A DNA stretch of 64,000 nucleotides from Bordetella parapertussis. GTDB taxonomy: Bacteria; Pseudomonadota; Gammaproteobacteria; Burkholderiales; SG8-41. Every line of letters begins with the position of its first letter. Within the stretch, counting starts at the first letter, position 1. Positions 36,887 to 46,566 of the stretch are shown here, one piece after another. Below the pieces are notes generated by a model that made no database searches, was not told the DNA's origin, and saw nothing but the letters and a program-made list of their open reading frames with translations. Made by a program: the position numbers and the translations under genes. The stretch lies in NCBI GenBank assembly GCA_945906815.1, contig CAMDRT010000015.1:1584-65583 (forward strand), given 5' to 3'.

Positions 36887-38461
36887 ATGCTGACGCGCGC
36901 GCTGTGGGCGTGCCTCTTGTGCCTGTCGTTTCCCGCTGCGGCACTCGACCGCGCCGCGGTGGAAAAACTCGCCTTCGGCGATGGCGATGAGCGCATAGCG
37001 GCGATCAGCGCCTTGGTGACGGAGGGTGATCCGCGCGCAGCCGAAATTCTCGCCGCACTCGGCGCGGGCGAACTGCAAATCGCCGGCAAGCACATACTCA
37101 TCGTCAAAGGCGCTGCTGCCAGCGATGCCATCACCGGCGCAAAACTCGCAACCCTGCCCGCTGAGCGCGAAGATATCGTCGCCAACAACCGCTTGCGCGG
37201 CGCGCTGCAGGGTGCGCTCGCGGCACTGAAACTGGTTTCTCCCGAGCGCGCCACACGCCTCGCCGCGGCGAAAGATCTGGCAGGTGCGGTCGATGCAGCC
37301 GCCTTGCCGCTGGTGGAAAAAGCGCTCGCCAAAGAGGAGGATCCCGCCATCCGCGCGCTGCTCGAATCCATTGCCGCGACCCTGCAACTCAAGGGCGGTG
37401 ACGCAAAAACGCGCCTGGCCGCAGTGCGCACGCTGGGGCTATCCGGTGACGGCAATGCCAAGAGCTTGTTGTTGTCGGTGCTGGAGAGTGAGGTTGATTC
37501 CGATGTACGCAGCGAGGCGCAGAACAGCCTCAAGCAGATAGAGGGGCGGCTGGTGTGGGGGCAGCGCGCGGGACTGCTATTCGCGGGCGTGAGTCTCGGC
37601 TCCATCCTGCTACTGGCGGCGCTGGGGCTGGCGATTACGTATGGATTGATGGGCGTCATCAACATGGCGCACGGCGAGCTGATGATGATCGGCGCTTATA
37701 CAACGTTTGTGGTGCAAAACCTGTTCCGGGCGCACCTGCCTGCTGCATTTGATTGGTATCTGCTGTGCGCAGTGCCGGTGTCATTCCTGACGGCGGCACT
37801 GGTGGGCATGGCACTGGAGCGCTCGGTGATCCGCTGGTTATACGGTCGCCCCCTGGAAACGCTGCTCGCAACCTGGGGCATCAGTCTGGTGTTGATACAA
37901 ACGGTGCGCACCCTCTTCGGTGCGCAGAATGTTCAGGTGGAAAACCCTGCGTTCATGTCGGGCGGCATCGACGTGCTGGCGAACGTGGTGCTGCCGTGGA
38001 GCCGTATCGTCATCGTCTTGTTCGCTGCTGCGGTGGTCACCGGCGTGTGGTTGCTGCTGACGCGCACGCGGCTGGGCTTGTTTGTGCGTGCCGTTACCCA
38101 AAACCGCGCGATGGCCTCGTGCGTGGGCGTGCCCACCGCACGCGTGGACATGTTGGCGTTCGGCCTCGGTTCGGGCATCGCAGGGCTAGCCGGCTGCGCC
38201 TTATCGCAGATCGGCAACGTCGGCCCGGACTTGGGACAGGCCTATATCGTCGACTCGTTCATGGTGGTGGTGCTGGGCGGCGTCGGGCAACTGGCGGGCA
38301 CGGTGTACGCCGCGCTGGGGCTGGGCTTTGCTAACAAATTGCTCGAATCATGGTCGGGTGCGGTGCTGGCAAAAATCGCGGTGCTGGTGTTCATTATCAT
38401 CTTCATCCAGAAACGTCCGCAAGGCATGTTCGCGCTGAAGGGACGCTCGGTGGAAACATGA
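36887..38461 (+). CDS. urtB: urea ABC transporter permease with N-terminal periplasmic HEAT-like repeat extension
   Basis: The C-terminal ~300 aa form a LivH-type permease. The N-terminal ~230 aa carry repeated DPAIRA/DVRSEA HEAT-like motifs, as in long UrtB forms. The start at 36887 (MLTRALWACLL) is preferred; 36776 is possible. Confidence 0.8.
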   Translation: MLTRALWACLLCLSFPAAALDRAAVEKLAFGDGDERIAAISALVTEGDPRAAEILAALGAGELQIAGKHILIVKGAAASDAITGAKLATLPAEREDIVANNRLRGALQGALAALKLVSPERATRLAAAKDLAGAVDAAALPLVEKALAKEEDPAIRALLESIAATLQLKGGDAKTRLAAVRTLGLSGDGNAKSLLLSVLESEVDSDVRSEAQNSLKQIEGRLVWGQRAGLLFAGVSLGSILLLAALGLAITYGLMGVINMAHGELMMIGAYTTFVVQNLFRAHLPAAFDWYLLCAVPVSFLTAALVGMALERSVIRWLYGRPLETLLATWGISLVLIQTVRTLFGAQNVQVENPAFMSGGIDVLANVVLPWSRIVIVLFAAAVVTGVWLLLTRTRLGLFVRAVTQNRAMASCVGVPTARVDMLAFGLGSGIAGLAGCALSQIGNVGPDLGQAYIVDSFMVVVLGGVGQLAGTVYAALGLGFANKLLESWSGAVLAKIAVLVFIIIFIQKRPQGMFALKGRSVET

Positions 38462-39576
38462 GTGGTCCGCTCACCAGCACCTTCACGCGACTCTACGGCG
38501 CCACAGGCTGGGCTGTGCTGGGCGCGTGCGGGTTGGTGTTATTCGTGGTGTTTCCGCTGCTGAATCTGGCCTTGCCCGCGGACAGCATGTTCCATGTGTC
38601 GGCGTACTGGATCACACTCATCGGTAAGATCATGTGCTACGCCATCGTGGCATTAGCGATGGATTTGATCTGGGGCTATTGCGGCATTCTGTCGCTGGGC
38701 CACGGCCTGTTTTTTGCGCTGGGCGGTTACGGCATGGGCATGTATCTGATGCGCCAGATCGGCCGCGACGGCCAATATCGCGCCGAGTTGCCCGATTTCA
38801 TGGTGTTCCTCGACTGGAAGGAATTTCCATGGCAGTGGTGGAACACCGATCATTTCTTGTGGGCGCTGCTGCTGGCGGTGGCAGTGCCGGGCTTGCTGGC
38901 GTACGTATTCGGCTATTTCGCGTTTCGCTCGCGCATCAAAGGCGTGTATTTTTCGATCATCACGCAGGCGCTGACTTTTGCCGCCATGCTGCTGTTTTTC
39001 CGCAATGAAACCGGCTTCGGCGGCAACAACGGTTTCACCGATTTCAAACGCATACTCGGCTACCCCATCACCACCGCGGAAACCCGAATGGTGTTGTTCA
39101 CCTTAAGCGGTGCCGTGTTGCTCGGCACACTGTTGTTGGGACGTTACCTGGTGACCTCCAAGTTCGGGCGCGTGCTGGCGGCCATTCGCGATGCCGAGCA
39201 GCGTGTGATGTTCTGCGGCTACAACACGCTGCACTACAAACTGTTCATCTGGACCTTGTCGGCGGTGCTGTGCGGTATCGCAGGCGCGCTCTACGTCACC
39301 CAGGTAGGCATCATCAATCCCGGCGAAATGTCGCCGGCCAACTCCATTGAAATCGCCATCTGGGTGGCGGTGGGCGGACGCGGCACCCTCACCGGTGCCA
39401 TCGTCGGTGCCGGCGTGGTCAACGGCGCAAAAAGTTTTTTCACGCAGGCGTTTCCCGAATACTGGTTGTACGTGCTGGGCCTGTTGTTCATCGTGGTGAC
39501 CTTGTTCATGCCGCAGGGCATCGTCGGCTTGCTCCAAAAATTCAGCGGTTTCGTCCGCGGGCATTTCCCCAAATGA
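38458..39576 (+). CDS. urtC: urea ABC transporter permease
   Basis: A LivM-type permease. ATG 38458 overlaps the urtB stop (ATGA). Confidence 0.85.
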   Translation: MSGPLTSTFTRLYGATGWAVLGACGLVLFVVFPLLNLALPADSMFHVSAYWITLIGKIMCYAIVALAMDLIWGYCGILSLGHGLFFALGGYGMGMYLMRQIGRDGQYRAELPDFMVFLDWKEFPWQWWNTDHFLWALLLAVAVPGLLAYVFGYFAFRSRIKGVYFSIITQALTFAAMLLFFRNETGFGGNNGFTDFKRILGYPITTAETRMVLFTLSGAVLLGTLLLGRYLVTSKFGRVLAAIRDAEQRVMFCGYNTLHYKLFIWTLSAVLCGIAGALYVTQVGIINPGEMSPANSIEIAIWVAVGGRGTLTGAIVGAGVVNGAKSFFTQAFPEYWLYVLGLLFIVVTLFMPQGIVGLLQKFSGFVRGHFPK

Positions 39577-40400
39577 GCAGCGCCACACTGCCGCCGCGCG
39601 CAGACGATGAGGCGTCCACGCCCTACACGCATGCGGTGGTGCCGGGGCAACTCGATATTTCGCACGGCGTGGTGCTGTATCTCGACAGTATCAGCGTGAG
39701 TTTCGATGGCTTCAAGGCACTCAACAATCTGTCGCTGGCTATCGACGCGGGGGAACTGCGTTGCGTCATCGGCCCCAACGGCGCTGGCAAGACCACCATG
39801 ATGGACGTGATCACTGGCAAGACGCGGCCTGACGCCGGCACCGCGTTCTTCGGGCAAACCATTGATTTAAAACAATACTCCGAGGTGGAAATCGCGCAGG
39901 CGGGCATCGGCCGCAAGTTCCAGAAACCGACCATCTTTGAGCATCACACAGTGTTCGAGAATCTGGAACTGGCGATGAAAGCCGACAAGCGCGTGCTCAA
40001 AACCCTGTTCGCGCGGCTCAGCGGCGCCGAGCGTGACCGCATCGCCGAGATGCTCACCCTGATACGCCTCACCGACAGTGCGCAGCGCGTCGCCGGCCTC
40101 TTGTCGCATGGGCAAAAGCAGTGGCTCGAAATCGGCATGTTGCTAATGCAGGAACCGAAGTTGCTGTTGCTCGACGAACCGGTAGCGGGCATGAGCGATG
40201 AGGAAACCGAACGCACCGCTGAATTGATACTCACCCTGGCGGGCAAACATTCGCTGGTGGTGGTGGAGCACGATATGGCCTTCGTCGAAAAAATCGCGCG
40301 CAAGGTGACCGTGTTGCACGAAGGCAGCGTGATTGCAGAGGGTGCCATGAACGAAGTGCAAAACGATCCGCGCGTGATCGAAGTTTATCTGGGGCGCTGA
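39573..40400 (+). CDS. urtD: urea ABC transporter ATP-binding protein
   Basis: It has Walker A GPNGAGKTT, the signature LSHGQKQWLEIG and Walker B LLLLDEP. The start overlaps the urtC stop (ATGA). Confidence 0.85.
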   Translation: MSSATLPPRADDEASTPYTHAVVPGQLDISHGVVLYLDSISVSFDGFKALNNLSLAIDAGELRCVIGPNGAGKTTMMDVITGKTRPDAGTAFFGQTIDLKQYSEVEIAQAGIGRKFQKPTIFEHHTVFENLELAMKADKRVLKTLFARLSGAERDRIAEMLTLIRLTDSAQRVAGLLSHGQKQWLEIGMLLMQEPKLLLLDEPVAGMSDEETERTAELILTLAGKHSLVVVEHDMAFVEKIARKVTVLHEGSVIAEGAMNEVQNDPRVIEVYLGR

Positions 40401-40407
40401 TATGTCA

Positions 40408-40567
40408 AGAGTCCCTAACATACTGAAACCCGAAGGGCTGGCGCGAGTTTTGCCTCAGGGCTTTGTCACGCTCCTCACTAATATTCGCGATATTAGCTTC
40501 GTCGCGTTTCGCGCCCTGAGCCAAAATCGTGCCAGCGCAGCACGGGTTTCAGTATGTTAGGGACTCT
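40408..40567. repeat. 160-bp palindromic MITE/REP-like element with perfect 25-bp terminal inverted repeats
   Basis: AGAGTCCCTAACATACTGAAACCCG (40408-32) is the exact reverse complement of 40543-67. The centre is a second palindrome, CTAATAT-TCGCG-ATATTAG (40478-96). The inner arms are about three-quarters complementary by eye. No ORF or transposase is present. Confidence 0.85.
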
Positions 40568-41255
40568 AACGGTGACGGGCCTCAATCAATACTACGGCGG
40601 CAGTCACATCCTGCGGGATCTCGATTTCGAGGTGCCGGCGGGCAAGGTTACCGTGCTGCTCGGCAGAAACGGCGTCGGCAAGACCACGCTACTCAAGACC
40701 CTGATGGGTTTGGTTCCCGCGAAAAGCGGCAGCATTACTTTCGCCGGCAACGATCTTACGACAGCAGCACCCTACGAGCGCGCGCGCGCGGGCCTCGGAT
40801 ATGTACCGCAGGGCCGTGAAATTTTCCCTCGCCTGACCGTCGCCGAGAACCTGGAAATGGGCCTCGCCACGCTGCCGCGCGGCGCGCGCCTGCCGGCACG
40901 CATCCATGAAATGTTTCCGGTGTTAAAACAAATGTTACGGCGGCGCGGCGGCGATCTTTCCGGCGGCCAGCAGCAGCAGTTGGCGATCGGCCGCGCACTG
41001 GCAATGAATCCAAAACTTTTGATACTGGACGAACCGACGGAAGGCATCCAGCCGTCGATCATCAAGGACATCGAGCGGGTGATCCGCTCACTGGCGGCCA
41101 GCGGCGATATGGCGATATTACTGGTCGAACAGTACTACGAATTCGCACGTTCGCTCGCCGATCAGTATCTGGTGATGGAGCGTGGCGACATTATTGCCCA
41201 TGGCGCCGGTGCGGATATGGACCAGGACGGCGTGCGCGCGCTGCTGGCGGTATGA
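40554..41255 (+). CDS. urtE: urea ABC transporter ATP-binding protein
   Basis: LNQYYGGSHILRDLDFEVPAGKVTVLLGRNGVGKTT is typical of UrtE. ATG 40554 lies inside the right arm of the palindromic element; an in-frame GTG at 40572 lies just outside it. Confidence 0.85.
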   Translation: MLGTLTVTGLNQYYGGSHILRDLDFEVPAGKVTVLLGRNGVGKTTLLKTLMGLVPAKSGSITFAGNDLTTAAPYERARAGLGYVPQGREIFPRLTVAENLEMGLATLPRGARLPARIHEMFPVLKQMLRRRGGDLSGGQQQQLAIGRALAMNPKLLILDEPTEGIQPSIIKDIERVIRSLAASGDMAILLVEQYYEFARSLADQYLVMERGDIIAHGAGADMDQDGVRALLAV

Positions 41256-41262
41256 TATTCCT

Positions 41263-42138
41263 ATGCAACTGGCTGACCCACCGTTTACCTTACCCGCAGC
41301 GGCCTGGCGCGCGCACCTCGCGTTGGAGTACGAGCGCCGTGCAGTACACGGAAGTGAGCACGGCAGTGAGCGCACCGTGCTGGCGGCGCGCCGTCACGAC
41401 GGCCCGCTGCTGGTGCAAAAATCCCTGTACCCCGAAGGCGACAGCGTTTGCCATAGCATCATCGTGCATCCGCCGGCGGGCATCGCGGGCGGCGACAGTC
41501 TTGAAATCGACGCCCGCATCGGTGCCCAGGGTCACGCGCTGCTGACCACGCCGGGCGCGGGGAAATGGTACCGCTCAGCGGGCGCGTGGGCGCAACAACG
41601 CAACAGGTTTGTGGTTGACGAGGGCGCATGTCTGGAATGGCTGCCACAGGCGACCATCGTGTTTGACGGCGCGCTGGCGCGGCTGGATACCGAGGTGCGA
41701 CTGGCCGCCGACGCGCGCTACATCGGCTGGGAAATACTGTGTTTGGGGCGCGCAGGATCGGGTGAACGCTTTGCACGGGGACAGTGCGTTGCGCGGGTAG
41801 CGGTGTTGCGTGATGGCAAACCTTTATGGATGGAGCGCGCCGGCATCGCAGCCGGCGGGCTGCTGATGCGCTCCGCGGCGGGTTGGGGCGGCAGCACGGT
41901 GTGCGGCACGCTCAACGCGGTCGCGCAAAATGTGCAGGCGCTGGACCTAGGCCCGTGTCGCGCGGTGACGGCAAAATCGGGACACACGGCAGTAACGCGG
42001 CTGCCGGGCGTCATAGTTGCGCGTTACCTGGGCGATTCGAGCGAGGCAGCCGCACACTATTTCGCCGAGCTGTGGCGGCTGTTGCGGCCGCTGATCGCGG
42101 GGCGCGCCGCGGTAGCACCGCGTATCTGGAATACTTGA
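41263..42138 (+). CDS. ureD: urease accessory protein UreD
   Basis: It lies upstream of ureA and carries UreD/UreH-like LEYERR...LVQKSLYPEG...HSIIVHPPAGIAGGD. ATG 41263 is preferred. Confidence 0.8.
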   Translation: MQLADPPFTLPAAAWRAHLALEYERRAVHGSEHGSERTVLAARRHDGPLLVQKSLYPEGDSVCHSIIVHPPAGIAGGDSLEIDARIGAQGHALLTTPGAGKWYRSAGAWAQQRNRFVVDEGACLEWLPQATIVFDGALARLDTEVRLAADARYIGWEILCLGRAGSGERFARGQCVARVAVLRDGKPLWMERAGIAAGGLLMRSAAGWGGSTVCGTLNAVAQNVQALDLGPCRAVTAKSGHTAVTRLPGVIVARYLGDSSEAAAHYFAELWRLLRPLIAGRAAVAPRIWNT

Positions 42139-42147
42139 GGACGGGTT

Positions 42148-42450
42148 ATGGAACTGACACCGAGAGAAAAAGACAAGCTGCTGATATTTACCGCGGGGCT
42201 GCTCGCCGAGCGGCGCAAAGCGCGCGGGGTCAAACTGAATTACCCTGAAGCGGTGGCATTGATCAGTGCCGCGATCATGGAAGGCGCGCGTGACGGGCGC
42301 AGCGTGTCCGAGCTGATGGGTTGGGGTGCGACCCTGCTGACGCGCGAAGAGGTGATGGAAGGTGTGCCGGAGATGATTCCCGAAATCCAGATCGAAGCCA
42401 CCTTTCCCGACGGCACCAAGCTGGTGACGGTTCACAATCCTATCGTTTAA
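42148..42450 (+). CDS. ureA: urease gamma subunit
   Basis: [37 protein letters not shown] is the canonical UreA sequence. Confidence 0.95.
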   Translation: MELTPREKDKLLIFTAGLLAERRKARGVKLNYPEAVALISAAIMEGARDGRSVSELMGWGATLLTREEVMEGVPEMIPEIQIEATFPDGTKLVTVHNPIV

Positions 42451-42468
42451 CTAGAAACGGCAGCCACG

Positions 42469-42774
42469 ATGATTCCAGGGGAAATGAAAGTCGCGCCGGG
42501 CGAGATCGAGATGAATGTGGGGCGCGCGACGCTCACGCTTGAGGTCATCAACAGCGGTGACCGTCCGATTCAAGTCGGCTCGCACTACCACTTTTTCGAG
42601 GCCAACGACGCGCTCCAATTCGAGCGCAAGAAAACGCGCGGCTACCGGCTTAATATCGCAGCCGGAACTGCCATACGTTTCGAACCCGGACAATCGCGCA
42701 CCGTGGAGTTGGTGGCGCTTGCTGGTGCGCGCAAGGTCTATGGCTTTGCCGGTAAAGTGATGGGGGCATTATGA
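42469..42774 (+). CDS. ureB: urease beta subunit
   Basis: [19 protein letters not shown]...[15 protein letters not shown] is the canonical UreB sequence. Confidence 0.95.
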   Translation: MIPGEMKVAPGEIEMNVGRATLTLEVINSGDRPIQVGSHYHFFEANDALQFERKKTRGYRLNIAAGTAIRFEPGQSRTVELVALAGARKVYGFAGKVMGAL

Positions 42775-44468
42775 AAATCACCCGCCAGGCCTATGCCGAA
42801 ATGTTCGGCCCCACCACCGGTGATCGTGTGCGCCTCGCCGATACCGAACTGTGGATCGAGGTCGAGAAGGACTACACCCTTTACGGCGAAGAAGTGAAAT
42901 TCGGTGGCGGCAAGGTCATCCGTGACGGCATGGGGCAGAGCCAGTTGGTTTCCGCGAAAGTTGCCGACACCGTGATCACCAACGCCTTGATCGTGGATCA
43001 CTGGGGCATCGTCAAGGCCGACATCGGCATCAAGAACGGACGCCTCTGGAAAATCGGCAAAGCCGGCAATCCCGACATCCAGCCCGGCATCACCATCCCC
43101 ATCGGCGCGGGCACGGAAATCATCGCGGGTGAAGGCATGATCGTTACCGCCGGCGGCATCGACACCCACATCCATTTTATTTGCCCGCAGCAAATTGAAG
43201 AGGCCTTGATGTCGGGCGTGACCACCATGATCGGCGGCGGCACCGGGCCCGCCACGGGCACCTTCGCCACCACCTGCACGCCGGGGCCGTGGCATATGCA
43301 TGCCATGCTGGCCGCGGCGGATGCGTTTCCGATGAACCTGGGTTTTTTCGGCAAAGGCAATGCCAGCAGGCCCGCGCCGCTCAAGGAGCAAATCGAAGCC
43401 GGCGCCATTGGCCTGAAACTGCATGAAGACTGGGGCACCACGCCGGCCGCTATCGACAACTGCCTGGCGGTGGCCGACAAAATGGATGTGCAGGTGGCGA
43501 TCCACACCGATACCCTGAACGAATCGGGGTTTGTGGAAACCTCGGTGGCAGCGATGAAAGGCCGCGCAATCTGCACCTTTCATACCGAGGGTGCGGGCGG
43601 CGGCCATGCGCCTGACATCATCAAGGTGTGCGGTGAACCCAACGTGATGCCGTCGTCTACCAACCCGACCATGCCGTACACGGTCAACACCATCGCCGAA
43701 CATCTCGACATGTTGATGGTGTGCCATCACCTGGACCCGGCGATCGCCGAGGATGTGGCGTTTGCCGAATCGCGCATTCGCAAGGAAACCATCGCCGCCG
43801 AGGACATCCTGCATGATCTGGGCGCGTTTTCGATGATGTCTTCCGATTCACAGGCGATGGGGCGCGTGGGCGAAGTCATCATCCGCACCTGGCAGACCGC
43901 GCACAAAATGAAAATCCAGCGCGGCAGCTTGAAGGGCGACCCGCAAGAAAATGATAACGCGCGGGTGAAGCGCTTCATCGCAAAATACACGATTAATCCT
44001 GCGATAGCGCACGGCGTATCGCACGTCGTTGGCTCCATCGCGGAAGGAAAACTGGCTGATCTGGTGCTATGGAAACCGGCATTCTTTGGCGTAAAGCCGT
44101 CGCTGATCATCAAAGGCGGCATGATCGCGGCGGCGGCGATGGGGGATCCCAATGCCTCGATCCCGACGCCGCAGCCGGTGCATTACCGGCCGATGTTCGG
44201 CAGCTTCGGCAAAGCGCTGCGCACCTCGCTCACGTTTGTGTCGAAGGCGGCGCTGAAAAATCCGGCGATCGCAGCGCTGGGTTTATCCAAGCCGCTGGAG
44301 GCAATACGCAACGTTCGAAAAATCGGCAAGAAAGACATGGTGCTCAACGACTGGCTGCCGAAAATCGAGGTTGATGCCGAGACCTATGAGGTGCGCGCCG
44401 ACGGTGAATTGCTGGTGTGTGAGCCCGCCACAGTACTGCCGATGGCGCAACGTTATTTTCTGTTCTGA
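42771..44468 (+). CDS. ureC: urease alpha subunit
   Basis: [20 protein letters not shown] and MVCHHLD are nickel-site motifs. Confidence 0.95.
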   Translation: MKITRQAYAEMFGPTTGDRVRLADTELWIEVEKDYTLYGEEVKFGGGKVIRDGMGQSQLVSAKVADTVITNALIVDHWGIVKADIGIKNGRLWKIGKAGNPDIQPGITIPIGAGTEIIAGEGMIVTAGGIDTHIHFICPQQIEEALMSGVTTMIGGGTGPATGTFATTCTPGPWHMHAMLAAADAFPMNLGFFGKGNASRPAPLKEQIEAGAIGLKLHEDWGTTPAAIDNCLAVADKMDVQVAIHTDTLNESGFVETSVAAMKGRAICTFHTEGAGGGHAPDIIKVCGEPNVMPSSTNPTMPYTVNTIAEHLDMLMVCHHLDPAIAEDVAFAESRIRKETIAAEDILHDLGAFSMMSSDSQAMGRVGEVIIRTWQTAHKMKIQRGSLKGDPQENDNARVKRFIAKYTINPAIAHGVSHVVGSIAEGKLADLVLWKPAFFGVKPSLIIKGGMIAAAAMGDPNASIPTPQPVHYRPMFGSFGKALRTSLTFVSKAALKNPAIAALGLSKPLEAIRNVRKIGKKDMVLNDWLPKIEVDAETYEVRADGELLVCEPATVLPMAQRYFLF

Positions 44469-44959
44469 TGATCGAGATCAAAAGCAAGCTGGCTGGCGGC
44501 AGTAACGCCGCGCAAGGGCAATTGAAACTACCTTTCGATTTGCGCCAGAAAAGCCGCTTGCGCACCCGGCTGGTCGATGGCGAAGAGGCGTGGTTGATAT
44601 TGCCGCGCGGAGAAATTTTGCGCGGCGGTGACTTGTTACTGGCTGCCGATGGCCGCGTGGTTGAAGTCGTTGCGGAAACAGAGGAGGTGTTGCATGTGGC
44701 CTGCATCAATGCAACGGAACTCGCGCGTGCCGCGTATCACCTGGGTAATCGCCACGTGCCGGTGCAGGTAGGCGCAGGCTTTCTACGCATCGCTGCCGAT
44801 CACGTGCTCGCTGACATGCTCAAAGGATTGGGCGCGACGCTGACACCGATGCGTGCACCCTTTGAACCGGAGGCGGGCGCCTATGCCGGCGGACATCATC
44901 ATCACAGTGACGAAGGTGGGCATAGCGGACATAGCGGGCGCATACACGAGTATAAATAA
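44468..44959 (+). CDS. ureE: urease accessory protein UreE (His-rich tail)
   Basis: A UreE-like core carries a C-terminal [17 protein letters not shown] tail. The start overlaps the ureC stop (TGATG). Confidence 0.85.
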   Translation: MIEIKSKLAGGSNAAQGQLKLPFDLRQKSRLRTRLVDGEEAWLILPRGEILRGGDLLLAADGRVVEVVAETEEVLHVACINATELARAAYHLGNRHVPVQVGAGFLRIAADHVLADMLKGLGATLTPMRAPFEPEAGAYAGGHHHHSDEGGHSGHSGRIHEYK

Positions 44960-44995
44960 TATGCGTAAAAACAAATACTTATATAAAGTTCTTGG

Positions 44996-45685
44996 ATGAG
45001 AGATCTGCGCCTGGTACGCCTGCTGCAACTGGCTAGCCCCGCGCTGCCGGTGGGCGCTTACAGCTATTCGCAGGGTCTCGAGTCCGCAGTCGAAGCCGGC
45101 ATCGTGCATGACGCCGCCAGCGCGCAACACTGGATAGCCGACGTGCTCGAACTATCGCTGGCGAACATGGAAGCGCCGCTGCTGCTGCGCTTGCAAGCCG
45201 CCTGGGCGCTTAGGGATTTTGCTGCCGTCGAATACTGGAACGCGCTGTTTCTCGCCAGCCGCGAATCCGCCGAGCTGCGCGCGGAGACGGTGCAGATGGG
45301 TTATTCGCTGACACGTTTGTTGCAAGAACTGGGGGAGCCTGGCGTGCCGGACCCCTGCTCTTTTCCGCAATTGCAGCGCATCGACGAGCCAGCATTCCCA
45401 ACGGCATACGCCTGTGCCGCTGCGCAATGGCGCATCGAACCCTCGTTGGCGCTGATGGCTTATCTTTGGAGCTGGATTGAAAATCAGGTGATGGCTGCGA
45501 TTAAACTGGTACCGTTAGGACAAACCGCCGGACAAAAAATATTACTCGCCCTGGGTGCCCGGCTGGAGGGCGTCGCGCAAGCTGCCGGCACTTGTGCCGA
45601 CCATGAACTGGGAAGTTTCGCGCCAGGATTGGCGATACTTTGCAGCCGCCACGAAACGCAATACAGCAGACTATTTCGCTCATGA
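44996..45685 (+). CDS. ureF: urease accessory protein UreF
   Basis: [21 protein letters not shown] is the UreF signature. Confidence 0.88.
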   Translation: MRDLRLVRLLQLASPALPVGAYSYSQGLESAVEAGIVHDAASAQHWIADVLELSLANMEAPLLLRLQAAWALRDFAAVEYWNALFLASRESAELRAETVQMGYSLTRLLQELGEPGVPDPCSFPQLQRIDEPAFPTAYACAAAQWRIEPSLALMAYLWSWIENQVMAAIKLVPLGQTAGQKILLALGARLEGVAQAAGTCADHELGSFAPGLAILCSRHETQYSRLFRS

Positions 45686-46305
45686 GCACACCTACAACAC
45701 AAGCCCTGCGCGTCGGCATCGGCGGCCCGGTCGGCTCCGGCAAGACCGCGTTGACGCTGGCGTTGTGCCGCGCGCTGCGCGACAAATACAATATCGCGGT
45801 GGTCACCAACGACATCTACACCGAGGAGGACGCGCAGTTTCTGGTGCGCAACGAGGCGCTGGCGCCAGAGCGCATCATTGGTGTGGAAACCGGCGGCTGC
45901 CCGCATACGGCGATACGCGAAGATGCGTCGATTAATCTCGAAGCTGTGGCACGGCTGAACCGCCGTTTCAGCAGCCTCGACATTATTTTCATCGAATCGG
46001 GTGGCGACAATCTGGCCGCAACGTTCAGTCCAGAATTATCCGACTTCACGCTGTATGTGATTGATGTCGCCGCCGGCGACAAGATTCCGCGCAAGGGCGG
46101 GCCGGGCATCACCAAATCCGATTTGCTGATCATCAACAAAATCGACCTCGCGCCGATGGTGGGCGCCTCGCTCGAAGTGATGGATCGCGACGCGCGCAAA
46201 ATGCGCGGCGGCAAGCCGTTTGTGTTTACCAATCTCAAAACCGGGCACGGCCTGGACACCGTCATTTCTCATATTGAAAAGGAGGGCATCCTATGTACCG
46301 GCTAG
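45682..46305 (+). CDS. ureG: urease accessory GTPase UreG
   Basis: [12 protein letters not shown]-loop, ETGGCPH and ESGGDNL are present. ATG 45682 overlaps the ureF stop. Confidence 0.92.
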   Translation: MSTPTTQALRVGIGGPVGSGKTALTLALCRALRDKYNIAVVTNDIYTEEDAQFLVRNEALAPERIIGVETGGCPHTAIREDASINLEAVARLNRRFSSLDIIFIESGGDNLAATFSPELSDFTLYVIDVAAGDKIPRKGGPGITKSDLLIINKIDLAPMVGASLEVMDRDARKMRGGKPFVFTNLKTGHGLDTVISHIEKEGILCTG

Positions 46306-46487
46306 CTACGCGTGTTTTCTGTAGTACGATTATTTGCGCCACGGCTACCACGGCAATCGCGCACCAGGGGCACAGCGCGCCCGTCGTTCACTGGCATGCG
46401 TGGGACTTCATGCTGTTGACGCTGCTCGCCGGGGCAATCGCTGGCGTAGCGTTTTATGCGGCGCAGACGTTCAATAAGAAAAAATAG
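46293..46487 (+). CDS. small signal-peptide / His-cluster / single-TM protein of unknown function
   Basis: A 64-aa ORF with a strong SD (AAGGAGGG, 6-nt spacer) overlaps the ureG end by 13 nt. It reads [23 protein letters not shown] | [15 protein letters not shown] | [21 protein letters not shown] | QTFNKKK. Confidence 0.45.
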   Translation: MYRLATRVFCSTIICATATTAIAHQGHSAPVVHWHAWDFMLLTLLAGAIAGVAFYAAQTFNKKK

Positions 46488-46522
46488 CCGTAACACCGTC
46501 AACAGCTTAATCCGCGCCGCAC

Positions 46523-46552
46523 GGCGTGCGTTGAGACAAAACAACGCACGCC
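46523..46552. terminator. hairpin between convergent genes (11-bp perfect stem)
   Basis: GGCGTGCGTTG-8 nt-CAACGCACGCC lies between the small ORF (+) and the permease (-). There is no clear U-run on either side. Confidence 0.5.
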
Positions 46553-46566
46553 GCCGGTGTCATGCA

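Noticed and set aside
36862-37665. 267-aa minus-strand ORF and other long antisense ORFs (1883-2569, 13898-14656, 49817-50704, 52937-53818, 59442-60167, 62741-63433)
   Set aside because: Each overlaps a confidently identified gene on the opposite strand. Their Ser/Ala/Arg-rich compositions are typical of antisense frames in high-GC DNA.
42738-43814. 358-aa minus-strand ORF
   Set aside because: It lies antisense to ureC (canonical urease alpha motifs on the plus strand) and has a shadow-ORF composition rich in Gly, Asp, His and Arg.
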